Source of the DNA: Leucoraja ocellata
Lineage: Eukaryota
Length of the DNA stretch: 63,220 bases
Reading direction: 5' to 3'
NCBI GenBank assembly: GCA_036785375.1
Contig: JAWMAR010000588.1
Location: 1-63,220, forward strand
Part shown: positions 1 through 10,879 of the stretch, one piece after another
Position numbering within the stretch: position 1 is the stretch's first letter
Layout of the letters: the number at the start of each line of letters is the position of its first letter
Translations under genes and position numbers: made by a program
The notes under the pieces: model-generated
Told to the model about the DNA's origin: nothing
Databases searched by the model: none
The model's input: only the letters and a program-made list of their open reading frames with translations

Positions 1-1339
1 CACTGTCTTGCGCCATAGGCTTGATGTTGAAACGTGAAAACACATTTTGCCGCATTCAAGTTTCTATATTTACAATATGTCGGATGAACGACAAAATTCA
101 GCCGACGGAACATTCGCTCAAGTATTGCCGTTCTTCTCGAATTGCAATAAAAGTATTACGTCTTCGTCCGTAAAGGAACGTATTCGTCCGTAAATGATCT
201 TTATACCTCGTGCAACATCGTCGAGGATATGTCGGGAGATATTTTGCTAGGATACATTTCAGGAGACGTGTTTGAATAATTACTGATGCACGCTTTCGGT
301 ATCCTTATAGACTGCCTAAATTATTATGTATGATACTGATGTTACTTCCATTCCGACGAAATCGTTGCATTAATATCGCTTAACGATTGAATTTAAACCA
401 TTTGTTTGAAAGGAAAGAGAAGTAGAAGATAGACTATGTAAAGAGGGTGGGGACGTGGATGAGATAACATCTTGCTAGTGAATAGTGCAGGCAGGTTATG
501 AGTGGTGGAACCTGCGTGGTACGAACAGTTGTGCGTAACCTGTGGAATCTGATGGAAAATAAAAGTGTATTGTGTTACTAAATATGAGAGGTGGGGAGGC
601 CACATGGGAATCATATAGGGATTTGACTCGATTCGAAGCGTGCTGGTATTGTGCATAGGATTGGTTTGCGAACACGTGGCATGAGGAGCAGGTTTCCGGA
701 AATTGAAGAATTCAGAGTTCATACCGTCCGGCTGTAGAATGACATCTAGCATTGAATTGTCTAGCAAGCAGGTATTCCAGATAACATGCGGATAGACCAG
801 AGGAATCGGCAAAGGGCCACCCTCATTATGTTTCCTTTTCTTTCTTGTTTTGTTTTTGTTTTTTAATTAAAAGCATATGTACCAATGATAATAAACGACA
901 AACTGGTTACAGGGTTATTGCATAGCTTCAAGTTTTAAAGTTAAAAACAATTAAAAAATAGAGAAAGATAGATATAAGAGAGACTATAAATTAATAGAAA
1001 GGGAAAAAAGCAAGACGGAAAGGAGATTACAAATCTAAAGATTGTGGAGATAGATCCGGGAGATGTTGAGCATAGTCGTCCATCCAACCCTAAACACAAG
1101 CTTGACTTTAATTTTGTGTTAAACCAGTTTACTTCAAAAACAATTCAATAAATGGAGACCGTATTTTAGAAAATAGTTCTTGTTTGTCAATTAATACAAA
1201 TGTTTTTTTTTCCAAATGCAAGTTCGCGGTCATTTTCGTTATCCACATTTTAATTGTGGGGGTTACTGTTTTTTTGTTTCCAAATTTAAGTATTCATTTC
1301 CGCACTTATTAAACTGTAATCAAGAAAGTCTCTCTGGCT

Positions 1340-1918
1340 TACAATACAATACAATACAATACAAAGCACTTTATTTGTCCCCGAGGGACAATTCAGATGT
1401 CCCTGCAGCACACTAATAAAAATACAACATAGCTTTCAAGAAGTTTAACATTAGAACATAAAAACATCCCCCACAATGGTTCCCACTGTGGGGGAACGCA
1501 CAAAGTCCAGTCCCCATCCTCTTGTCCACCCAAAGTCGGGCCTATGAGGCCTCCACAGTCGTCGCTACGGCCTCCACAATAGCGCTCCAGCGCCGCGCCG
1601 CCGCCAAAGCCGAGGCTCCGGCCAGGTCCCCTCAGGAAACGTCGCTCCAGGACCCGCTGGTAGGCCGCGAGGACAGGTCGAAGGTGCTGCTCGGAGGAAG
1701 GCAGCCTCCCCGACCAGGTAGGGACTTGAAAAGCAGTTCCCCCCTCCCCCCCCCCCCCCCCCCACCACCCCCCACACATAAAAGATTAGACCCCCCAACT
1801 AAACACTTTAACGTACTAAAAATAAATAAATAATTAATAAATAATAAAAATAATAAGAAGAAGTGAAAGAAACGGACAGCTGCAGGATAGGCGCCGTTCA
1901 GGACAGCGCCCCCACCGA
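1340..1918 (-). mobile_element. Non-autonomous GC-rich SINE-like retroelement with (TTGTA)n tail, inserted into the L1 relic
   Basis: (TACAA)n at 1340-1364 on the + strand. The body shares blocks with 56890-57620 (catccccc-acaatggttcccac, gtccagtccc, gaggcctccacag, caggtagggac). Confidence 0.65.
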
Positions 1919-2150
1919 CCGTATGGTTTGTGGTGTATTCTGATAATCTTAATTTTATTAATTTCGGATCTGGGTCCAGTTGATTATCGATAACTTTAGA
2001 TATAATTTTTAAAATTTCCGTCCAAAAATCTGCATTTTTATACGTTACAAAAGTATGAGTATAGGCTTCTTGAAATTGACATTCATCACAGAGAGGGGAA
2101 GTACTTGGGAAGATCCTATTTAATGGTGTCTTCGAATAGTGTAATGTATG

Positions 2151-2151
<1 letters not shown>

Positions 2152-2181
<30 letters not shown>
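2152..2181. repeat. (TA)n microsatellite
   Basis: Direct TA run in the sequence. Confidence 0.9.
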
Positions 2182-2187
<6 letters not shown>

Positions 2188-2907
2188 TGTAAACTTTCAT
2201 CCCATGTGCCTTTCAATATGGGTTGAGCCAATTGGGTTGAGCCAATTCATCTTCCCATGTTCGTCTATATGACTCTGATGACGGAATGTCAGTATCTAAA
2301 AGGGTATTATACATATAAGATATTAGTTTATTTGTATTGCGATGTCGCTTCAGACATTCATCAAGGATTTGCGTATGTAATTTTACAGTTTCCATGCTGT
2401 ACTTGAGAAAAAGTAATTATTCGTATTTGCACCATCACCGTAAATGCAGGGACGTTCATTCCTGGGCAAAATACCTCAGGGCACGGGTAAACGCGGGGAG
2501 ATGTTACCCAGATAGCGATTACACAATTGTTCGGTAGACCTAGATAGGCCTTAGCCTCGTATCATTTCTTGTGTTTGTTCAGTAAGGTATCACATGAGCA
2601 AAATTAAGCTGCGTTTATCTAAAAGCTTTGGATACGAAGGGAATCAAACACATATTTTGTCGGAAGCTGTTGCGGCCTTCTATGACCCTCTCCTTTGTCT
2701 TTTCCTACAGCAATACACAACACAATGCAATGCCAAAATACAGGCAAAGTTGAACAAACGGAACACTTTCAACGAATGTCCAACCGTTGCTTTCAGTCTG
2801 TACGGACATTAAACATTTCCATCTCCTTCACCTTCTCTGGGAACCAGATCCCTTCCGGGTCACCTTCATGGGTTTCCATAAAGAACTCTTCAACAGGACT
2901 GAATATG

Positions 2908-2995
2908 GACACAACATACTGGAGTAACTCAGCCTGCAGGCAGCATCTCTGGAGAGTAGGAATGGGTGACTTTTCGGGTCGAGACCCTTCTTCTT
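2908..2995 (-). mobile_element. Penelope-like terminal-repeat fragment (degenerate hammerhead-like motif)
   Basis: Reverse complement reads gaagaagggtctcgacccgaaaagtcacccattcc...ccagagatgctgcc. Same family as 4697-4995, 12500-12610, 16718-17085 and 45331-45411. Confidence 0.55.
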
Positions 2996-3459
2996 CAACA
3001 GGGCTGACTAGCTTTCAATGGGTGTGCGATCTCGGTACCGACGTAATTTACTGAAGATCTCTGTTGCTCGGGTTGAGAATCAATCTAACAACCCGCTTGC
3101 GTGCATAGAATCTTGAGAAATATTTTTGCAATGGTGTATCGTTGGTGATGGAATTTCACAGGGTACCTTTGACGGATTAATTGATGGGACTTCGGTGTCC
3201 TTGTGATGGGCTGTTGCCAGTATTATTTAGTTTCGTATATATTAGGATAAACTCTCACTTTGGGTTGGAAAAGGCAAGTCTTTACCAGTACCACGATGAC
3301 AACATTAATCGTTTTTAATTATTGGGAATAGAAATGCCACTGAGTTAAGAATGAATTCAATTTATAATATTACTGAATATGAACAGGATAGTGATGGAGA
3401 TGAGGTCCAGACTGTGGAAAGAACAATCAGACGGAGATATTTCAACATTTTAGTTTCAG

Positions 3460-3810
3460 TTTAGTTTATTGTCACATGTGCCAATACAGAGTACAGCGTT
3501 TGTTGCGTGCTAACCAGTCAACAGAAAGACAAAACATGATTACAATCGATGCATGTACACTGTATATACGTGGTAAGGAAATGAGGTTTAGTGCAAGGTA
3601 AAGCCAGCAAAGTCCAATCAAGGATAGTCGAGGGTCACCAAAGAGATGAGTAATAGTTTTTGCACTGCTCTCTGGTTGTGATATCTGGGCTATGTCCACA
3701 ATTTGCTACAATTTCTTACCGTCTTGAATGGAGCTGTTCCCAAACCAAGCTGTGATGCATCCTGATGAAATGCTTTCTATGGTGCATCTGTAGAAGTTCA
3801 TGAGAGTTAG
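3460..3810 (-). mobile_element. Rex1/Babar-like LINE 3' fragment
   Basis: Minus strand encodes NFYRCTIESISSGCITAWFGNSS-like text, homologous to 58044-58400 and 40440-40560. Confidence 0.65.
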
Positions 3811-3843
3811 TGGACATTAACTTACTTTAATCTTTTTTTGTAG

Positions 3844-4692
3844 CAAATTTGCACGCAATTGTCATTTTCTCCCGCGGAAATTGCGGACTCTCGAAATGCA
3901 TCACTCGTTACCCGTTGGGCATGGCGGTGGGCGATTTCAGGGTTCTGATAACTGAAGCATTCCTCTATGAGATAGTCAACGGCTACTTTCCATTCTCGAT
4001 ATTCTACCACACCACATTCTGCAGATGGTACATTGTGGCCCACTTTATTTCCATCGACTGCTCGGTTTGGCTACCCTTTGATCGGTTCAGTCCTTGCGGA
4101 CCAAGTATTGCCCTGAAAATACTGCAGCTGTGGTGATAGTTCCTTAAGCGTTATGCAGAATGCTCCATTATACTTTATATACGAACCGCGATAAATAATT
4201 GACAATATAGAGTGGTCCTGCTGTGTAAAGTCAACCTTTTACACTTTATCCATCTGGGTAGTATTTTTGTGGTTGGAATCCGTGTTAACAACTATTTTCC
4301 ATTTTGTGTTAATTTTGCTGCTCAACCTATTAACTATCAGGCACATTATCCTGGCAAATAGAGTGAGGACTCCGGTCAAACAAACAAGCTGAGAAGCACA
4401 CTGATGCCGAGATGGAGAACCGAAGGAAATCAATAATTTTGCTTCTCGCTATTTCTGGCAGCTTTATTTTGTTGTGGATGGTTATTTTTATATATTACAT
4501 ATATGTGCAATTTACTGACACGCAGTTTTTGGAAGCAAGTTATAACGACCCTTTCACCATAATGGAACAAACTGCGGTGTTTGAGTTGTTGCACAAACAG
4601 TATATTAATGCAGTGTTCCAGAAGAAATTTAGATAGGAGTTAAGAATATGGTTAAAGCCCCTTTCATTCTCATTGCTAATTCATTCAATTAG
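3844..4692 (+). pseudogene. GPR139/GPR142-like class A GPCR pseudogene (main exon), paralog of the intact gene at 19960-20870
   Basis: Phase-1 acceptor tttttttgtag|CA AAT TTG at 3843/3844, the same position as in the intact paralog. Translation: NLHAIVIFSRGNCGLSKCITRY..MAVGD..ISIDCSVWL..FDRF, then after frameshifts/deletions EMENRRKSIILLLAISGSFILLWM..YNDPFTIMEQ. Contains multiple internal deletions and in-frame stops. Confidence 0.92.
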
Positions 4693-4696
4693 GTTC

Positions 4697-4995
4697 GACA
4701 CAAAATCTGGAATAACTCAGTGGGACAGGCACTATATCTGGGGAGACTGAGTGGGTAACGTTTTGGGTCGAGACCTTTCTTTGACTGGCTAAATAAAGTG
4801 TATTACTGTATCGAAAATTTACACGAATATGTTTCTGCTGGAGTAATTCAGCTGGATAAGCAGGATCACTGGATAAAATGAATGTGTCTCGACCTGAATG
4901 GTCACCCATTCCTTCTATCCAGCCATGCTGCCTGTCCCGCTGAGTTACTCCAGCATTTTGTGTCTATCTGCGGTGTAAACAAGCATCTGCAGTTC
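4697..4995. mobile_element. Inverted pair of Penelope-like terminal-repeat fragments
   Basis: acacaaaatctggaataactcagtgggacaggc at ~4699 is the approximate reverse complement of gcctgtcccgctgagttactccagcattttgtgt at ~4930-4963. Confidence 0.55.
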
Positions 4996-7847
4996 TTTCA
5001 CACACATTAATAACTTTCTTGCCCAAATGGAAGATATCGCAGTAGCTGTGTACATGGCACTCCTGAGAGTGAATACAACTGACATATGTTATGCTATCGA
5101 CAAATGGTTTGACCCATTACAGAACAACCCTGTACTAATAAAATATAGAATATCACAGAAAATAGTGACTGAAGTATAATAGTAAGATGAGAGAAGAATA
5201 GAACCACCAGATGACCTTTGTGAGGGAGGGCTGGGAGCGGAGGGCACGTAGTCCCTCATCGTAACTCCTCATAAAATAAAGATCAAACTTCAAACTGGTA
5301 GGTTCTCGTTCAATCTTACTATTTTACTTCGGAGTCATGTAAGTGACTACGTGAAGATTTCAACGCTCTGTGATTTAATGCCGTGAGAAACAAGTCTACA
5401 CAACCACAACTGCTCCATTGACAAATAAGGGAAAACATTCATAATGCATACAGTCATGACATCGATTTAAACCTGCTGATGCTGTTAACTATAGTAATAA
5501 TAATAGTCACATCTGTCATCCGGATGGAACCTATAACAGATCGTCAAATAGAGTTGACAAATACCCCTGGTCTGGCAACGGGTTATTATAAAACGTTTGG
5601 AAATTCGTTCGTTCGACCATGCTGCAGCCGTTAGGATGTGGTCCAGCGGAACGTAATTAACCCATGCTGCTACTGTTATAGCAGCCCTTGTGGCGTGAGA
5701 TCTGGAATCAGTATCTACTCCTGCATAACTCAACTCCGTTTTAACACCTGGAAATGTCTGAACAGATACGTTGTTATAACGTTTCTTGTAACTATCAATC
5801 ATAGTCTCGAAGGCTCTGGGTGACCTTGACGTGTTGTTGTATACGTGTGCCCTCACAAAACAAAAGGTCCCTGGTTATGCCTTGACCTATTTTGAGACCT
5901 GACACCCATACTGCTCTGCTTAAATAAATTTTAACATAAAATACTATACATATTATTTACAGATGTAAGCATCCTGTCCTGTCGCAATTATGTAGCGAGT
6001 GATCTGTTGCGCTAAACCAGCGTCAGGAGGAGAGCTACCCAATGAGATCCGGCCAAAGCTAAGAATGTAGCTGGAACCTCCTGGTGAAATAGTGTTAGCA
6101 CAATGTCAACCTCCCATACTGCATTGTACTTGTCCTGGGAAAACTTGTGTTAAAGATATCCTGTACTAACTCGATATCCGTGGTGAACCCAAATAAGTGG
6201 ATCTCGTCTGCTGCGGGAAATCTGATGGAAAGCACCTTGACACATTTAATGACCCTATAACACAATATTGTCAAAGACCATTTAAAATGAACTCCAAGAG
6301 CTCAGAAATCTGTACCATTTTAAATGTAACATGAGCATTAAACAAACGCTTCCCATCTCCTGAACAAGCAAAGTAATGCTTTTTGCTACTATCCCAGCAC
6401 TGTGAATACATACAAGAATAGGTGTGACAACCAAATCCGTAGGCAGTCTATTGAGAATCTGTAGAACATAAATTGATTTCATCATGCAACGGCTGATTTA
6501 CCGAGCCACAGGCTGAACCTGCAAGTTACGTTTAAAATAACCATATAAGGTTGCATTATTATTATTCCCGACAAATCGGGAATCAAACTGCATAAGTCAA
6601 TCACACAGTAGAAACTTAAAGCGGGCTCTTGATGACTGCATTTGAAGACCCGACTGATGAAGTAAAATGGAGGAAGACATAAAAGACCACTCCTCCTGCT
6701 TGAAGCGAGAATGTATCTTTCGTCACTGTTATGCCACATATTTAGCAAGCTGTGAATTAGCATGAAAAGAGCATATCTATATTCGGTGTTGCATTGAATC
6801 AGAATTTCATAAATACGGTGTGGTCCAACACCCATTCTGTGTTGTCGTCGATCTGTACTTGATGCTACTCCAGTGGCAAATGAGATTAAGTACCTATTAC
6901 AGGGTTATTTTACTAGATTGCACCCACGTGATTATCATATGTCACCACCATAGTGTATCAACAAGAAGTTGAGCATGCAGATATGAATATTCGCTCAATC
7001 ACTCTTTAACCCATAACATGCACGTAGGGTCTATAGATAGTTGATACCAATAACTGCAGAGTTAATAACTCATGCAAATCTCCTCCACCTCCAACTAGAG
7101 ATGACATTCGCAATTTCCAACCTGAGGCCATTAGCATCATTTTGCAATATAATTATATATTTATTGATCAAACTACTGGAGCAATGCTGAATACTGTTTG
7201 TCCGTCATAGTGACTTTAGTAGCTTCACCTGGTAATAGCAAAGGTGTATTATCGATTATCTTCATGGCACTTTAGAGTTTGCTATTTAGCATGCTGTCAG
7301 TTCTCCCACTTGCACAGCTGCATCACATCTATTACATTGCCAATTAGTCTAATGAATAGAAAGCTGCTTGATAACAACAAGGCTGTTCCATATTTCTATA
7401 GACTCCAATCTGTTGCCCAGGGCGGAGTCACAGGCCAACTATCCATTTGATAACAACTTAATTTTAACTGGATAGAGGAGAACAATTTCTCAATAGCTTG
7501 AGACTGAAACAGTGGATATTAGCCAAAGACAGCGTCAACATATAATCCAGACAATACATAACAAGTGTTTTTTGAACTCTGAGTAGTCCTTTGAATGATT
7601 TATTGTCATCATACTGTTAAATTGCCTCATCATAGCAATGCCTCCAAATATCTCTGATGATCACTATAAATGGAAACACCCTATGAAACCAGTTTAATCA
7701 GCCATCTTTCATATTGAACAGGCCACGCCTGCCATCATTTCGTGTCTGCCCTGAACGGCAACTCTGGCCCGGTTACCGATAAGTCTCACATGTCCCAAGC
7801 CAACTCTTGCCATAATTCTGACCCTGCCTTGAAATAGATTAATTAAG

Positions 7848-8045
7848 CAGCCCTATTACAAGGCGCTGCTGGCGCGGCCTCTCCCATAGGCCGACACTGC
7901 CATAGACTCGGCATCCCCATTAAGCAGCCGTGTTACAAGGCGCTGCTGGCGCGGGCTCTTCCATATGCCCAGCACTGCCATACGCTCGGCATCCCCTTTA
8001 AACAGCCCTGTCCAAGGCGCAGCTGGCGCGGGCTTTCCCATAGTC
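7848..8045. repeat. ~77-bp tandem repeat (about 2.5 copies)
   Basis: aaggcgc(t/a)gctggcgcgg recurs at ~7860, ~7937 and ~8013. Confidence 0.8.
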
Positions 8046-8384
8046 ACGCGCTGCCACAACTCTTGCTGTTGGAGTGTATCTAGATGGAGCCTCCTCTCCA
8101 TTAGGGGCTCCATCCTGGCCAACCTCACAAATGTTCTCATTACCGGAAGGGAACCCTCCCGGCACCAGGGCTGGCCATTTTGGTCGGTTTACCCCATTTC
8201 TTGGGAACCTCTGCGGTCTAGGCACCGCATTGCTGCTGGATTTCCCTTCCCCGGGAATCCAAACGTCCGTATGTATTACCAGAAGGGAGAAAAACCCTAC
8301 CGGCACCAGGGCTGACCGTTGCGGTCCATTTAACCCCTATCCTGGGGTCCCCTGCGACCCTAGAGCTGCATTACTACTGGATTT

Positions 8385-8790
8385 CCCCTTCCCGGGAACC
8401 CCAGCATCTACACCTATATTGGGTGTAAAACTCTCCCGATACCCGGTCTGCTGGCTGTCCCCTCCCCGGGAACACCAGCATCTATATTCATATTGGAGGG
8501 AAACCCTCCCGGCACCCGGTGTGCTGGCTGTCCCCTCCCCGGGAACCCCAGCATCTATATTCATATTGGGGGTAAAACCCTCCCGATACCCGGTGTGCTG
8601 GAGGTCCCCTCCCCGGGAACCCCAGCATCTATATTCATATTGGGGGTAAACCCTTCCCGATACCCGGTCTGCTGGCTGTCCCCTTCCCGGGAACCCCAGC
8701 ATCTAATCTATATTCATATTGGGGGTAAACCCTTCCCGATACCCGGTCCGCTGGCTGTGCCCTCCCCGGGAACCCCAGCGTCTACATGCC
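8385..8790. repeat. GC-rich ~74-bp minisatellite (about 5.5 copies), probably in the 5' part of the DIRS relic
   Basis: Unit cccgggaaccccagcatctatattcatattgggggtaaa...cccgatacccggt..gctggctgtcccct recurs at ~8391, 8465, 8538, 8612, 8686 and 8765. Related diverged units lie at 8140-8390. Confidence 0.9.
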
Positions 8791-9099
8791 TATCGGACGG
8801 AAACCTTCCCGGCATCCGGAGCGCCTGAAAGTCACTGGGCACATTGTCAACGACCGACCTCGCGAAACCCGACATTCCCCAGCTATCCACTTCCGCGGCG
8901 AGAACCGGGGTTACCCCTCAGCCCATAGCTGGTTCCCCCGTCGGTCCTCGCGAATCATCCGGCAGGAAACCTCTGGAACAAAGAAACAAACCAGGTAAGA
9001 AATGCAAACTTACAGCAAAGACTGCAGAATATATTTCTCGGCATTGTAATGCACCAGTGCCAGAGACAAAGTCCAGTGTGTACAATGGGGATGAGGTGA

Positions 9100-9490
9100 A
9101 CCCTAGCATAAGGGAGGACTGTTCAGAAACCTGATAGCATATGGGAGCAAACAGTTACTGAGTCTGGTGGTACACGTTTTGAAGCGTACGTACCTTCTGC
9201 TGGATGGAAGCAGGAAGAAGAAGGAATGACCTGAGCGGGACGAATCTTTGATTATGTTGCCTGCTTTCCTGAACCTGTTGAAACACAGATGGAGTCAATG
9301 GTGGGGAATCATGTTTGTGTGATCGATTGTGCTACATCTCCACCTCTCTGCAATTTCTAGCGGTCTTGGGCAGAACTCTTTCCAAACGAAGTTGTGATGC
9401 AACCTGTCAGTATGCGTTCTATGGTACATTTGTACAAGTTTGTAAGGGACATTGGAGACATGCCGCATTTTCTCAGTCTCCTGAGGCAGT
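9100..9490 (-). mobile_element. Rex1/Babar-like LINE 3' fragment
   Basis: Minus strand reads LRRLRKCGMSP...TNLYKCTIERILTGCIT, the Rex1 ORF C-terminal region. Confidence 0.65.
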
Positions 9491-9845
9491 TGAGGAACCA
9501 GAAGCTCTCAACCTTTTTCCACGTCAGCACCATTGAGCAAATATAAATAGTATATTTATGGGTTAATCATTTGATATTCAACACCAGTAATACGTGGATG
9601 GATTGGATAATCTGATTTTTGGGCTGGCTTGAGGGAGAACCCATTAGTTTATTTATAGCCTGATCACCTTGAAATGAGACCCTGATTTAAGCTGGTTGAT
9701 GGAGACCATGATGTATTCCCTCAGTAATAATATTCTGTTAATGCAGCATTCCCTCAATATTGGCAACAATCCTCGGAGAGTGTAGCAATCCCACACGGTG
9801 CAACAGCCTTGATGTATTTCCCATCTGCATTGCCTTAACCTTCAG

Positions 9846-10009
9846 ACTGACCCGTTGGCTCTGTAGCATTGCCCGTCTGACAATGCACTCCTTCCTCTGT
9901 TCGTCATGTACGACACTGCAGACGTCAGAGTTCTACCCTTCTGATACAGCTTTAATGTTACATCCGCAACTGCAAAGTGTCCTCAAAGCTTCCCCCCTCA
10001 ACACTTGAG
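9846..10009 (+). pseudogene. Possible degraded MHC class I alpha1 exon remnant
   Basis: Bounded by cttcag| and |gttagt. With one frameshift it gives SIARL/DNALLPLFVMYDTADVRVLP, loosely like the alpha1 motif G.VDD..FV.YDS...R..PR. It is shorter than a normal alpha1 exon and the match is weak. Confidence 0.25.
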
Positions 10010-10501
10010 GTTAGTCCATGCCCTCAGTATATTGACCATGGGCCATAGAGTATTTGAGTCACACATCATGGAAACTGGCCCTTCTGCTCATTGAATCCAC
10101 ACTGGTCATCAAATGTGCCAAGATGGAGTCACAGCAAACTGCATTTGCTGCCAATCTGAATTAAAAACAAACAGGACTCATCGGGTCAGACAGCATTATG
10201 TGGAAAAATGGACAGAAAACATATGAAATCTGGACCATTTGGAGTAGGGTGGAGAAAGCTGGAAAAGAAAAGTAGTCTGTGTAGGATAGTGTTAATGTGC
10301 GGAGATCACTGGTCGATGCGGACTCGGTGGGCCGAAGGGCCTCTTTCCGCACTGCATCTCTAAACTAAACCTGCTCCTGCGCTGTTCAGCTCTATGTTGT
10401 GTTCTGTTATGCCTGTTTGTACCATGCTGAGAACTGATTTGTTAATTGCCTCTCCCCTCCACCTCCCTCCCTCCAACCCAAATCCTCCACCCTTACCTCA
10501 G

Positions 10502-10783
10502 CCCCCGCTCTTTTCTTTGTCCAGGATTTCTGCGGCTGTGAAGTGGACAGTGACAATTCCACTGATGGGTTTGTCAGACTGGGTTATGATGGGGAGGATG
10601 CCTGTGCTTTCGACAAGGACATAATGCGCTGGATTGCACTATGGCCAGATTTCCAGGTGCTGGTAGATCGGTGGAATGTCAACACCGTCATAAACAAGTA
10701 TTTCAAAGATCTCCTGGAGAAGGACTGAGTGAAGTGGCTGCTGATATATCTGGAGTGTGGACAAGAAGCACCACATAGGAGCG
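10502..10783 (+). pseudogene. MHC class I-like heavy chain pseudogene, alpha2-domain exon
   Basis: Phase-1 acceptor ccttacctcag| at 10501. Translation PALFFVQDFCGCEVDSDNSTDGFVRLGYDGEDACAFDKDIMRWIA...DRW...YFKDLLEKD*VKWLLIYLECGQEAPHR matches the class I alpha2 landmarks Q96, GC101, GYDG.D, FD, W133, W147 and C164-x-x-WL..YL..G. The C164 codon is TGA (10726-10728) and the expected donor reads GC. Confidence 0.9.
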
Positions 10784-10879
10784 GCACAGGACGTAATCAT
10801 TCTGACTGTTGGGCCCGGGGATATCCTCTAGATCGATCAGGTGGGAAATCCCGCACTTCAGGCTGTCACTTGAGCAATT

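Larger units (their letters stand above)
830..2395 (-). mobile_element. Degenerate 3' portion of an L1-clade LINE (ORF2 C-terminus), interrupted by a SINE-like insertion at ~1340-1918
   Basis: Minus-strand translation gives ...SPLCDECQFQEAYTHTF...FWTEILKIISKV (zinc-knuckle region) and ...ILKFWKQ...TPTIKMWITKM..LHLE. These align with the L1 ORF2 end at 52800-53200 (LILKIWKNAPTPTIKMWISNMFETLHLE). T-rich tract at ~830-865 fits an A-rich tail. Confidence 0.75.
5150..9012 (-). mobile_element. Degenerate DIRS-like tyrosine-recombinase retrotransposon
   Basis: Tyrosine-recombinase C-terminus SHATRAA..AAW..VPLDHILTAAAWSNE (ORF 5485-5856, minus). RNase H-like remnants near 6930-7140. Positions 5245-5395 are the reverse complement of the ICR region of the + strand DIRS at ~49295-49445. 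The 5' boundary is approximate. Confidence 0.8.

Noticed and set aside
393-812. 139-aa minus-strand ORF
   Set aside because: It has a non-ATG start and no recognisable motif, and the + strand looks like very degenerate CR1-type sequence.
7856-9134. Many overlapping Pro/Gly-rich ORFs on both strands
   Set aside because: These arise from GC-rich tandem repeats that lack stop codons, with no recognisable domain.
10726-10728. TGA exactly at the conserved alpha2 Cys164 (and TGA at the terminal alpha3 Trp) as selenocysteine or readthrough recoding
   Set aside because: Both are single-base nonsense changes from TGY/TGG. The alpha2 donor is GC, alpha1 is decayed, no TM exon or SECIS was seen, so a pseudogene is simpler.
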